Of a stretch of 64,000 bases of DNA, positions 29,629-39,187 are shown in pieces. Both the position numbers and the translations under genes were made by a program. The stretch lies in NCBI GenBank assembly GCA_964651815.1, contig CAZYWG010000011.1:1056-65055 (forward strand), given 5' to 3'. Position 1 is the first letter of the stretch, and each line of letters starts with the position of its first letter. This DNA is from an uncultured Gammaproteobacteria bacterium. Lineage in GTDB: Bacteria; Patescibacteriota; Microgenomatia; Levybacterales; GWA1-39-11. The notes under the pieces were generated by a model. The model saw nothing but the letters and a program-made list of their open reading frames with translations, did not search any database and was not told the origin of the DNA.

Positions 29629-30621
29629 ATGGAAAAATGGCAACAAATACTAAATAAGCAAGTTTCGAGACGATCAGCCTTGGGTTTAGGTGTTGGAGCA
29701 GTAGTGACCATATCTTGTTCAGGATCAACAGATCGAAAACCAACTCCAAGCGCAGTTGCAACTTTTACACCAATTCCAAATAAAGAAGCAGTTTTTGGTC
29801 CGGAAGAACCCATCAGAAGATCTGAGGGTAACTGGACAGATTCTGATGTCGAGAATCTTTCAAGAAAAATGTTGAGTCAAACAGAATTAACCGAGATCCC
29901 TTTTGCCGGATCAATACTCATGAAAAACGTTAAAGGACAACCAAGTTTTTCTGAAGAGACATCTCTTTTTACAGATTTAAAGTTGATATTTAAAACCCAA
30001 AGATTGTTACCAGGCAATCCCCTCTCGCCCATAGCTACATTACCGGACTACAATGTAGGAACAATAGTTACTTTACCTGTTTTTAAAGCCAACGGAGAAC
30101 GAGTAGGTACTACCACGGGTCGATCAAGCATGGCACTCAAATTAATTACTATATCTACGCAAGCTACTCAAGGCCATTCGGATTTTTTTTTGATGTTCGG
30201 TGCTGCAAAGGAAATTATGAACTATAAGGGATTTGCGATGGGGCTTGAATATACTTTGAATCGCTCCGGATACAAAGTACCAGACGATCAAAAACAAAAA
30301 AATACGCTTATGTTAAAAATGTTTGATTTTGGCTATTCAGACTATGGGGATATGCCAACGCAATATATGTCTGATCTTTGGGCTCAATTTCTGATGATAC
30401 CTGACTATTTGAAAGCTAAGGAGTCGAGTAAGTTTTCAAGTAGTGACTTAGCGACATTGAGACTTACTGATGCTGCAGCAAATGATTTTATAAATAACAG
30501 TGTTCTTTCAAAAAATGCTGATGGTAAGTATATTTGGACACAAGATAAAAATAAGTTCTACGATAATTGGGTTAGAGTTGCGGGGGAAATATATACTGGA
30601 AAATTACCAATTGCTCCCTAG
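29629..30621 (+). CDS. Hypothetical exported protein (Tat-like RR motif plus lipobox-like ISCSG).
   Basis: N-term ...VSRRSALGLGVGAVVTISCSGS. Confidence 0.4.
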   Translation: MEKWQQILNKQVSRRSALGLGVGAVVTISCSGSTDRKPTPSAVATFTPIPNKEAVFGPEEPIRRSEGNWTDSDVENLSRKMLSQTELTEIPFAGSILMKNVKGQPSFSEETSLFTDLKLIFKTQRLLPGNPLSPIATLPDYNVGTIVTLPVFKANGERVGTTTGRSSMALKLITISTQATQGHSDFFLMFGAAKEIMNYKGFAMGLEYTLNRSGYKVPDDQKQKNTLMLKMFDFGYSDYGDMPTQYMSDLWAQFLMIPDYLKAKESSKFSSSDLATLRLTDAAANDFINNSVLSKNADGKYIWTQDKNKFYDNWVRVAGEIYTGKLPIAP

Positions 30622-32600
30622 TTATTGCCTTGTCTTAAATACCTGATTTTGTCCCGCAATAATGCTGCGGTTTCAAAATCTAATTGTTTTGCAGATTCTG
30701 CCATTTCTTTTCTAAGTTTTTTGATGAGTTTTTCTCGGTCATCAGGAAGTAAAACATCTTTTTCAAGCAACGGTTTCAAATCTTCCAAAATGTCAACTTT
30801 TTTAACCAATCTTTCCCTAATAATTTTCTCAACCGTTTTTGGAGTTATTCCGTGCATTTCATTATACTTAAGTTGATTCTCTCGTCTTCTGTCTACCTCT
30901 TCAATTGCGGCTTTCATTGAACGAGTGTTGTCATCAGCATATAAAATAACTTTTGAATCAACCCGCCTTGCTGCTCTCCCCATAATTTGGATAAGAGAAG
31001 TCCTGGATCTTAAGAAACCTTCTTTATCAGCGTCCATTATGGCAACGAGTGAAACCTCGGGCAAATCAAGTCCTTCACGGAGCAAATTTATACCAACCAA
31101 GACATCATACTTCCCATTTCTCAACTCATCCAAAATATCTTGTCTTTGAAAAGTGTCTATCTCAGAATGTAAATATTGAACCTTTATTCCTTTGTCTTCA
31201 AGATAAAAAGACAAATCCTCAGCCATTCTTTTTGTGAGTGTGGTGACTAATACTCTTTCTTTTTTTTCAACAGTTTTATTGATCTCGGAAATAAGGTCAT
31301 CTACTTGCCCTTCAGTAGGTCTTATCTCTACGTTTGGGTCAACTATCCCCGTGGGTCTAATTAATTGTTCTGCAACATTTTCTTTCCCAGCCAACTCAAT
31401 TTCCCAAGGGTTAGGGGTTGCAGACAAAAATATAGTTTGTTTGATTCTTGTCATAAATTCTTCAAATTTTAGCGGTCTATTGTCATATGCTGAGGGAAGC
31501 CGAAAACCATAATCTACTAAAAGCTTTTTACGGGCAAAATCACCATTAAACATACCTCTTATTTGCGGGACAGTCATGTGTGATTCATCAAGTATCAAAA
31601 GCCAAGGTTTTCCCGAGTGGGCATAATAGTCTAGAAGCGTATAGGGTGGATCTCCCGGTTTTCTGCCGTCAAAGTATCTTGAATAGTTCTCGATTCCATT
31701 AACGTATCCTACTTGCTTAATCATTTTTATATCATATTCCGTACGTTTTTGAAGGCGGTCCGCTTCAAGGGGCTTTTTCATTTCTATTAATTCCTTGACA
31801 CGAGCGGCCAAATCTTTTCTCATTTCCGCAAATGCACCTTCATACGTGTTTCTATTTGTTATGTAGTGCTTTGCAGGATAAATTGTCACCCATTTAGTAT
31901 TTTCAACAACATTTCCGTTGAGAGGATCAACCTTGTCAATTTTCTCAACAATGTCCCCTGCCAAAGTTATTCTTAAAACCAGATCTTCAGAAGCCGTGTA
32001 AACTTCAATGGTGTCTCCTCTGACTCTAAAAGTGCTTCTCTTAAAAGCATAGTCATTTCTTGCGTATTGAAGGTCAAGCAAACGGTCAAGAATTGAGTTT
32101 CTAGAGAGTTTTACGCCTTCTGCTATCTCAAGACTTATTTTTCCATATTCAACCGGAGACCCTAAATTGTAAATTGCAGAAACAGATGCTACAACAATAG
32201 TATCGGGACGGGTAAGTATATTGGTTGTTGCTGCTAAACGAAGTTTGTCTATCTCCTCATTTATCTCAGTCTCCTTTGCAATATAAGTGTCGGTTGTGGG
32301 AATATATGCTTCTGGTTGATAGTAATCATAATAAGAAACAAAGTAAGACACCGCATTTTTTGGGAAGAAGTCACGAAACTCCTGATAAAGCTGTGCTGCT
32401 AGCGTCTTATTGTGTGTCATGACAAGCGTTGGAATATTAAGGTCTCTTATAACGTTTGACATGGTAAACGTTTTTCCACTTCCAGTCACACCAAGCAAAA
32501 CTTGAAACGGAGCATTATTCTTAAATCCTTTTTCAAGCTTCAGAATTGCATCTGGTTGGTCTCCTGTAGGTTTGTATTTTGATAATAGTTCAAAATTCAT
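30618..32600 (-). CDS. uvrB: Excinuclease ABC subunit B.
   Basis: 660 aa. N-term FELLSKYKPTGDQPDAI, helicase motifs GVTGSGKT, DESH. Confidence 0.95.
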   Translation of the reverse strand: MNFELLSKYKPTGDQPDAILKLEKGFKNNAPFQVLLGVTGSGKTFTMSNVIRDLNIPTLVMTHNKTLAAQLYQEFRDFFPKNAVSYFVSYYDYYQPEAYIPTTDTYIAKETEINEEIDKLRLAATTNILTRPDTIVVASVSAIYNLGSPVEYGKISLEIAEGVKLSRNSILDRLLDLQYARNDYAFKRSTFRVRGDTIEVYTASEDLVLRITLAGDIVEKIDKVDPLNGNVVENTKWVTIYPAKHYITNRNTYEGAFAEMRKDLAARVKELIEMKKPLEADRLQKRTEYDIKMIKQVGYVNGIENYSRYFDGRKPGDPPYTLLDYYAHSGKPWLLILDESHMTVPQIRGMFNGDFARKKLLVDYGFRLPSAYDNRPLKFEEFMTRIKQTIFLSATPNPWEIELAGKENVAEQLIRPTGIVDPNVEIRPTEGQVDDLISEINKTVEKKERVLVTTLTKRMAEDLSFYLEDKGIKVQYLHSEIDTFQRQDILDELRNGKYDVLVGINLLREGLDLPEVSLVAIMDADKEGFLRSRTSLIQIMGRAARRVDSKVILYADDNTRSMKAAIEEVDRRRENQLKYNEMHGITPKTVEKIIRERLVKKVDILEDLKPLLEKDVLLPDDREKLIKKLRKEMAESAKQLDFETAALLRDKIRYLRQGNN

Positions 32601-32776
32601 AGCTTTCTATTTTAACATAGTTCGTAAAGTCACCTGCTATCTAGCATAGGCTTTTATTAATCAATTTTGATATCGTTTGAATATTTTTACATCAGTTGAC
32701 CTTCGCATTATTTTCGTGTAAATTAGTATTATTGTTCGATAGTATAGATTTTACATCTTATATCCTACAATCCTAT

Positions 32777-33430
32777 ATGACAGCAGTACTATATAGAAGA
32801 GAAAGGGATCTACTTGCATACATTATGCAGTTTCAGGAGCAAAATGGATATTCCCCTACCCTACGTGAAATGGCTGACGCAATGGGCCGCAATAGTGTTT
32901 CTACTATCCACGCGCTCATTCGCACAATGGTTGAGAAAGGTTATCTTCAAAAAGTTGAAGGCAACAACAGAACACTTAAAGTCCTAAAAAAAGAAAATCT
33001 TGGGATACTCATGGGTTCAACACCAAAGATTATTGGACCAACAATTACTCTACCACTTATGGGTTACATTGCAGCTGGAAAACCTCTTGAACCATATACG
33101 GACCCGGAGGCAACTTTTCCTATTGCTACAGGAATGTTAACCGGAAAGCGCACCTCTTACGTCTTACAGGTTAAAGGGAGTTCTATGATTGAAGATGGAA
33201 TATTAGATGGAGACTTTGTAGTAATTGAAAAGACAGAAACCGCAAAAAACGGGGATATAGTTGTAGCTTTGGTGGATGACAGCCTCGCTACATTAAAACG
33301 ATTTTATAGAGAAAACGATCGAGTTGTTCTTAAGCCAGCTAACAGCGCTATGGAGCCAATTTACCCCGAGCAAATTCAAATTCAAGGGATAGTAGTAAGT
33401 TTGGTCCGTAGATTTAATTTCTTGTCCTAG
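32777..33430 (+). CDS. lexA: LexA repressor (wHTH plus S24 peptidase domain). Start set at the internal Met MTAVLY...
   Basis: ...SPTLREMADAMG...(HTH). VKGSSMIEDGILDGDFVVIEK...GDIVVALVDDSLATLKRFYRE (S24 Ser/Lys dyad region). Divergent from uvrB. Confidence 0.8.
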   Translation: MTAVLYRRERDLLAYIMQFQEQNGYSPTLREMADAMGRNSVSTIHALIRTMVEKGYLQKVEGNNRTLKVLKKENLGILMGSTPKIIGPTITLPLMGYIAAGKPLEPYTDPEATFPIATGMLTGKRTSYVLQVKGSSMIEDGILDGDFVVIEKTETAKNGDIVVALVDDSLATLKRFYRENDRVVLKPANSAMEPIYPEQIQIQGIVVSLVRRFNFLS

Positions 33431-33490
33431 CCAGTTTACCCTGAGGAACAAAGTGACGAATGGGCCGCTTTTAACTTTCTCCAATAAAAT

Positions 33491-33907
33491 CTACCGAAGA
33501 GTTGTTTCAAATAGTAGTTTACAGTTTGTTAATCCTGATTTCTCCATCTGACTAACAGAGTAGGCTCCTGCTTTACGTTCCTCAACCTCGCTTGGTAGCA
33601 TACTCCTTCTTATTACCCCAAGTGTGTGGCTTGATGCTGTCCACCTATCAAATAACTCTACCATTCGTTGATAGTCAGAAGTACCCGTAGCAGTACTACG
33701 TTCTGTAACAAAATTAAACTGAATTACTACGCCAGTGTTATCGGCGTTTACAGCGCGCGTCAAACCCATCCAACGAAAATAATGAGACCTTTTTATATGA
33801 TCGCCAAAAGCCTTTAATTGTCCCGCCGCAACAGAGTTAGGTAGGATTTCAAAGTGAGATCTCAGGTATTCATATACATCTAGAGGTTGGGGTCTTTGCT
33901 CAGGCAT
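33491..33907 (-). CDS. Hypothetical protein (higher GC).
   Basis: ORF only. Confidence 0.3.
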   Translation of the reverse strand: MPEQRPQPLDVYEYLRSHFEILPNSVAAGQLKAFGDHIKRSHYFRWMGLTRAVNADNTGVVIQFNFVTERSTATGTSDYQRMVELFDRWTASSHTLGVIRRSMLPSEVEERKAGAYSVSQMEKSGLTNCKLLFETTLR

Positions 33908-33930
33908 CAGAGGATTATATCAAAGATGAT

Positions 33931-34560
33931 CTATTTTTTGAATAATTTCTTTCGGAGATGAAGGTGTTTTTCAACATAAACTATTATTCCGATTACTATT
34001 AACGCAATTATGAAAAATTCAAATTTCCTATAATAAGGCTCAAGGCTGTTCCAGTGTGCTCCCAATGTAAACCCTATGTATGTTAAGAGTGTAGACCAAA
34101 TCAGGCAACCAAGTGTTGTATAAATTACAAACTTTTTGATATCCATTTCAAACATTCCGGCAGGAAGTGATATAACCGTCCTGATCCCAGGAAGAAGCCT
34201 TGAGATAAAAATTACTTTATCGCCATACTTTTTAAACCACGTTCCCGCCTTTTCATATTCGTGCTCGGACAAAAGAACGTATTTTCCGTATTTTTTGATA
34301 AGCCTAACTAAAACACTCTCTTCAAGAAAATACCCAATGTAATATGCAACAAGTGAACCTACAAGATTCGCCAAAGTGCCCACAAGTACAACATATATAT
34401 ATGATAGCGAGCCTTGGGAAGCTAAGAAGCCCGAAAAAGGCATGGTCACTTCTGAAGGAATTGGAATGAGCGCCGATTCAAGAGCCATCAGAGTAAATAT
34501 GCCAATATAGCCAGTTGATGATATAAATTGTATAATAAAGGCCGCCAAGTGCTCTAACAT
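33931..34560 (-). CDS. DedA/SNARE-associated (TVP38/TMEM64) family membrane protein. Start at the internal Met MLEHLAAF.
   Basis: ...LESALIPIPSEVTMPFSGFLASQG...RLLPGIRTVISLPAGMF... The upstream part of the ORF overlaps rsmI divergently. Confidence 0.6.
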   Translation of the reverse strand: MLEHLAAFIIQFISSTGYIGIFTLMALESALIPIPSEVTMPFSGFLASQGSLSYIYVVLVGTLANLVGSLVAYYIGYFLEESVLVRLIKKYGKYVLLSEHEYEKAGTWFKKYGDKVIFISRLLPGIRTVISLPAGMFEMDIKKFVIYTTLGCLIWSTLLTYIGFTLGAHWNSLEPYYRKFEFFIIALIVIGIIVYVEKHLHLRKKLFKK

Positions 34561-35254
34561 GAATCTATATATTGTATCAACGCCTATCGGGAATTTGCAA
34601 GATATAACTCTTCGTGCGGCAACAATTTTGCTAGAAACAAAAATTATAATTGCCGAATCCACTTCAAAAGCCGGACTATTACTTAGTTTTATTGAGCGTG
34701 AATTTGACAAAAAGAGATTACTAGATCAAAAAATCATTTCTCTAACAGAAGATGAGGAGGAAAATAAAATTCCTCACATTTTAAATTTTTTGGAGACTGA
34801 TGACGCAGCTTTAATTTCCGAAGCAGGTACCCCGTTAATTTCTGATCCAGGTTTTAAATTAGTCCGTGAAGCAATAAGTCATGGCGTCACAATAATTCCG
34901 ATCCCCGGAGCAACTGCAGTAATGGCTGCGCTGAGCGTTTCAGGATTTCCTACGGATAAATTCTTGTTTTTGGGATTCCTGTCAAAAAGTGCCTCTAAAA
35001 AAGAGAAAACCTTTGCCGATTTAAAATTGGTGCCATTCAAACAAACGATAATATTATACGAATCACCCCAAAGATTAATTGAAACATTAAAGTCAATCAA
35101 TAGTGTTTTAGGAGACATTGATATTGTGATTGCACGCGAATTAACAAAAATTCATGAAGAAATAAGAAGAGAAAGAATTTCTGTATCCATAGATCACTTT
35201 AGGGCAAATGCTCCAAGAGGTGAGTTTACAATTCTTTTTATTTCCGGCAGTTAA
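34559..35254 (+). CDS. rsmI: 16S rRNA (cytidine1402-2'-O)-methyltransferase.
   Basis: MNLYIVSTPIGNLQDITLRAATILLETKIIIAESTS, tetrapyrrole-methylase-fold RsmI N-terminus. Confidence 0.75.
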   Translation: MNLYIVSTPIGNLQDITLRAATILLETKIIIAESTSKAGLLLSFIEREFDKKRLLDQKIISLTEDEEENKIPHILNFLETDDAALISEAGTPLISDPGFKLVREAISHGVTIIPIPGATAVMAALSVSGFPTDKFLFLGFLSKSASKKEKTFADLKLVPFKQTIILYESPQRLIETLKSINSVLGDIDIVIARELTKIHEEIRRERISVSIDHFRANAPRGEFTILFISGS

Positions 35255-35268
35255 ACGCAGTCGTTACT

Positions 35269-36516
35269 TCATTTAGATATAGCTTGTTCAATCTCGAGGA
35301 GCTTGTTGTATTTTACAGTACGTTCTCTTGCAGGCGCGCCAAATTTAACGTAGTCCGCTCCAATCCCCACCGCAAAATCTGCAATAAATGTGTCATTCGT
35401 TTCGCCACTTCTACTGGAAACAATTATTTTCAGATTTGTGTATTTTGCAATTTCAGCAAGCGCAATGGCTTCACTTATTGTACCAATCTGATTGGGTTTA
35501 ATTACCACCCCGCCAATTGCTTTTGCTGATACAGCTGCTTGGAGCCTATAAGGGCTCGCCGATATTAAATCATCCCCTACAATGAGTGCTTTTGAAGAAA
35601 TTGCAGGTGTTATTTTCTTCCACTCTTCAGGGTCTGCGCTTTCTAGAGGATCCTCAAGGTAGATGAGCGAGAAGTCAGATGTTAAAGTTTGGTAAAATCC
35701 AATCATATCTGTCGTACTTAGAGGTGTATGTTTGTCAAAAATTGTATAGTTTTTATTTGAAAAAAAAGAATCAGATGCACAATCAAGTCCTAAAAACGCG
35801 TCAAGAGAAAAAGACAATCCGGCGCCTTCAACAGAATCTTTAAGTGTGGAAAGGGCTTCTTGGTTTGTTGCAAGGTCTGGTGAAAAACCTCCTTCATCTG
35901 CTGACAGAATGCTTCTGTTTCTTTCTGTCAATATTTTTTGAAGAGAAGCGTAGACCAAACTACCTATCTCAAGACTTTCAGTGTACGTTTTAGTGGACGC
36001 TGGAATGAGTAAAAATTCTTGGAAATTGAGCTGTCCTTTTCCGTGTTTACCACCCTCAATCAAAGAAAACAAAGGGACCGGCATTTTTTTTTCTTTTTTG
36101 CCGGTAAATTGACCAATGTATTCAAATAGTGGGATTTTTGCAGATTTAGCTGCCGCTTTTGCAACGGCTTGCGATACAGATATAATTGCATTTCCGCCAA
36201 TTTTTTCTTTATTCGCAGTTCCGTCAAGGTCTATCATGAGCCTATCTATTTTTTGTTGCTCGGTAGAGTCAATACCTAATAATTTTGGTGCAATAATGTC
36301 TGTTACATTCTGAACTGCTTTTAATACACCCATGCCGTTGTATTTGCCGCCGTCTCCATCACGCAGTTCATGTGCTTCATATGCGCTTTGCGAGAGGCCT
36401 GACGGTGCCGAGGACCGTGCCCAAGTTTCATCTGAAAGCGTAACTAGTGATTCAATTGTAGGAATTCCTTTGGAATCCAGAATCTGTCTTGCAGAGACTG
36501 ACTTAATAGTGGCCAT
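35269..36516 (-). CDS. eno: Enolase (phosphopyruvate hydratase). Start at MATIKSV.
   Basis: MATIKSVSARQILDSKGIPTIESLVTLSDETWARSSAPSGLSQSAYEAHELRDGD... canonical enolase N-terminus. Confidence 0.9.
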   Translation of the reverse strand: MATIKSVSARQILDSKGIPTIESLVTLSDETWARSSAPSGLSQSAYEAHELRDGDGGKYNGMGVLKAVQNVTDIIAPKLLGIDSTEQQKIDRLMIDLDGTANKEKIGGNAIISVSQAVAKAAAKSAKIPLFEYIGQFTGKKEKKMPVPLFSLIEGGKHGKGQLNFQEFLLIPASTKTYTESLEIGSLVYASLQKILTERNRSILSADEGGFSPDLATNQEALSTLKDSVEGAGLSFSLDAFLGLDCASDSFFSNKNYTIFDKHTPLSTTDMIGFYQTLTSDFSLIYLEDPLESADPEEWKKITPAISSKALIVGDDLISASPYRLQAAVSAKAIGGVVIKPNQIGTISEAIALAEIAKYTNLKIIVSSRSGETNDTFIADFAVGIGADYVKFGAPARERTVKYNKLLEIEQAISK

Positions 36517-37732
36517 AAAACCCTCCTTCAAAAATTTGTCCAGAATTTGCATTAAGTGTCACGATTTTATTATCTTGGAAGGCAGAAAGTGCATTTTTTA
36601 CGCCAACTATAGCAGGCATTTGAAGCATTTTTACAAACGCTTGCGTAGCGTTATCACCTTTGTCTTCTAAAACAACTCCACGTGCAAGCTTTAAAACGTT
36701 TGCGCGTGCTTTACCTAAAGTTTTTGCAAAAATGATATCTTCGCTTCTTATTTTTGAAAAATCACCAATATTTTCTAACTTTCTGGTATGTCCGGTTGCG
36801 ATGCCGGGATTAATGGGCGTTCCGTTTATAGTATTTCTATTTTGAGTACTTTGGCCAGGAATAATTGCCGGTTTAACCAGTAAAATATAGAAACTGTCAC
36901 TGCTTTTTCCCCACAAAATTTCTTGTGGGGAAAGATAGTGTTTTTCAAGCTTATTTATAAGATGAACTAGCGCCGCAACTTCACTACCCCTAAGCTTATC
37001 AAAATCATATGTTTTGGCTCCATTTCTTATATAAACTGCCGGACCATTTTTTGGATAACGCTTGGTCGCTTCGTAACTAGCTTTATCTACCACTAGTTCG
37101 TGTCCGGTTGAAAACTGTATTACAATTTTTGACCTGTCATTTAGTTGATAATCAAAAGGAAAAATTTTTCCAAGAAGGTCATCAACTGATGTTTTTTGGA
37201 CAAGTGACGTAACTGCACTCTTAAAATGGTCAATTTTTTTTAAATGGCGATTCAAAATATTAGCCGGTGTAAAAAGCGAGATCCAATATGCCCTAATTGT
37301 ATCAAATAACACAGCGTCTCCTTTGATATGGTGAGGCTTGGTGTGTAAGTTGAGAGACGATTCGCGAGGTGTAGTGTAACCATGAATTGCAAAATTCAAA
37401 CTGTTGAGTTTAGTGTAATAATCCCTAATTTCAGAGACTAAATTGTTTGGTATTTCGCTAGAGGCAATAATTCTCTTAATATGTATTGCAATTTGTTCAA
37501 GAGATCCAGGTAATTCATAATTGATTGCTCCTAACAAATGTTTGATCTTAGTTTCTAATGAATTGTGCCTAACAAATTCATAATATGCGTGGGGTGTTAC
37601 AACAAAACCAGGGGCAATGGGAAATCCATGAGTAAATAATTCTCCGAGTCTCGCCAAATTTTCTCCAACAAGATGCGCGTCGTCAAGATCCAGGTCATAC
37701 AAAGAAACAACCCAGGCAGAGGGCTTTATCAT
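36503..37732 (-). CDS. PEP-utilising-enzyme-like protein (pyruvate,water/phosphate dikinase N-terminal ATP-grasp plus mobile domain, no TIM-barrel catalytic domain).
   Basis: N-term ...VVSLYDLDLDDAHLVGENLARLGELFTHGFPIAPGFVVT resembles PPDK_N. 409 aa is far shorter than a full PEP synthase. Confidence 0.45.
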   Translation of the reverse strand: MIKPSAWVVSLYDLDLDDAHLVGENLARLGELFTHGFPIAPGFVVTPHAYYEFVRHNSLETKIKHLLGAINYELPGSLEQIAIHIKRIIASSEIPNNLVSEIRDYYTKLNSLNFAIHGYTTPRESSLNLHTKPHHIKGDAVLFDTIRAYWISLFTPANILNRHLKKIDHFKSAVTSLVQKTSVDDLLGKIFPFDYQLNDRSKIVIQFSTGHELVVDKASYEATKRYPKNGPAVYIRNGAKTYDFDKLRGSEVAALVHLINKLEKHYLSPQEILWGKSSDSFYILLVKPAIIPGQSTQNRNTINGTPINPGIATGHTRKLENIGDFSKIRSEDIIFAKTLGKARANVLKLARGVVLEDKGDNATQAFVKMLQMPAIVGVKNALSAFQDNKIVTLNANSGQIFEGGFYGHY

Positions 37733-37786
37733 ATATTAATGGTACGCAAATTGAATAGTTATTGCAAGTTCGTACTTTGCGTAGTT

Positions 37787-38713
37787 TTATTCAGTTGAGC
37801 CGGGGACAATAAGGTCAAACTGTTTGGTAGTGGGGCTATAAGCCTTCGGGCCGTAATCTGAGACATAATTAACAATATTTTCTTTAAAATATGCTGGTTT
37901 TGATTCCTGTATTTTACCCGTAATATAATAAGTCAAAGCCATTATTCCAGCAAAGCCCATATCTTCAGGTGGGAATATATCCCAGCGGCTATCAGGGATA
38001 CCAAAAAATTCATTTTTACTACCGATAGATATTACTAATTCGTCTTTATCCCTAATAACAAATTTAGCGTGCCTAGCATGCCCTTGACTAAATGCCCGTA
38101 AAGAAAGCTTGGGCCCAAACATCTCGCTTTTTTTAATATCTAACATAGGGCAAATTGGCATAAATTTGTCTGGTAAAACATACGAATACGCTCTATAATC
38201 ACCAAAATTCTGTGGGAATGAAAGTGACTCGATATACTCTTTAATTTTTGAAGGTTCTTCTCCCGTGGCCGACAATATCATGCCCATATAAGTTGATGTA
38301 TTGTATGTGTATGGCTCGGGGATTGATTTATAAACATATACCTTATCCGCGACATTTGCTGCATCTGAATTTCCTTTTGTAGTAAGCAAGGTTGTATGAA
38401 GAGAGTATTTTTTTGCGAGCTCTATCTCCCAAACTGAATCTTTACCTCCGGAGGCAGAAATTACCATCGCCTGTGTTATTAGCTTATTTTTAATAGCTAA
38501 TTCATAAGAAGGTATAATTTGTTTAAAATTGCTTTCATCCGCAAATACAGCTGACCTTCCGGAAAAAAGAATTAAACCTGTATTATAAGCGTTTCCGGAA
38601 CCTACTACAAAAGGGAAGTTAAAATCGTTAATATTGAGTTGTGGCGGCGGATTTTTAACAAAAAAATCGAGTGTTTGGAGGACAATCTTATCTAAATTTT
38701 GTATCTCATCCAT
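37787..38713 (-). CDS. Hypothetical protein.
   Basis: ORF only. Confidence 0.35.
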   Translation of the reverse strand: MDEIQNLDKIVLQTLDFFVKNPPPQLNINDFNFPFVVGSGNAYNTGLILFSGRSAVFADESNFKQIIPSYELAIKNKLITQAMVISASGGKDSVWEIELAKKYSLHTTLLTTKGNSDAANVADKVYVYKSIPEPYTYNTSTYMGMILSATGEEPSKIKEYIESLSFPQNFGDYRAYSYVLPDKFMPICPMLDIKKSEMFGPKLSLRAFSQGHARHAKFVIRDKDELVISIGSKNEFFGIPDSRWDIFPPEDMGFAGIMALTYYITGKIQESKPAYFKENIVNYVSDYGPKAYSPTTKQFDLIVPGSTE

Positions 38714-38716
38714 ATC

Positions 38717-39154
38717 CTAAACTTCTCCTCTTTCAATTTTTCTTTGTTCAGGAGTTTCATCGGGCCTACTATAGTCATCCTCAAGTCTAATTGTTGTTCC
38801 TTGCTCATTCATTGAAGATTCAATTACATCACAATCTGTAACTGCTTGATGTCTATGTTTTTGTCCTGCATACGTAGTATAGCCTTTGCCTTTTTCCATC
38901 TTTACTGCTTCAAGTTCGCCGCTACTATTCTCAAGAATAAGGTTACATTCCCCGTTTATTAACCAATAACTTTCCTGTTTTATTTCATGGACCTGCAAAG
39001 AAAGCCTACAACCAGCGTTAATGTGAAGGACCTTGCCCATGTAAGGCATGCCTTCACGAACCCAATGCAACTCATAGCCCCATGGCTTATCTACTTTTTT
39101 GACATAACCTTCTAAATTAAACTTAGATTTATCAATATTTTTTAAATCAATCAT
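38717..39154 (-). CDS. Cupin-domain protein (mannose-6-phosphate-isomerase-like small barrel).
   Basis: ...KPWGYELHW...LHINAGCRLSLQVHEIKQESYWLINGEC... His/Glu cupin motifs. Confidence 0.5.
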   Translation of the reverse strand: MIDLKNIDKSKFNLEGYVKKVDKPWGYELHWVREGMPYMGKVLHINAGCRLSLQVHEIKQESYWLINGECNLILENSSGELEAVKMEKGKGYTTYAGQKHRHQAVTDCDVIESSMNEQGTTIRLEDDYSRPDETPEQRKIERGEV

Positions 39155-39187
39155 AATTAAATAAAAATCGCTTTCCGATATAGATTT

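Noticed and set aside
30181-30195. T9 homopolymer inside the exported-protein gene 29629-30621
   Set aside because: Long poly-T/A tracts are expected by chance in a genome this AT-rich. Not comparable to the poly-G tracts in paralog A.
32601-32776. Attempted to call a specific LexA operator in the uvrB-lexA intergenic region
   Set aside because: No clean palindrome matching known LexA box classes. Only loosely similar GTTCG-containing segments. Left as a hypothesis rather than a feature.
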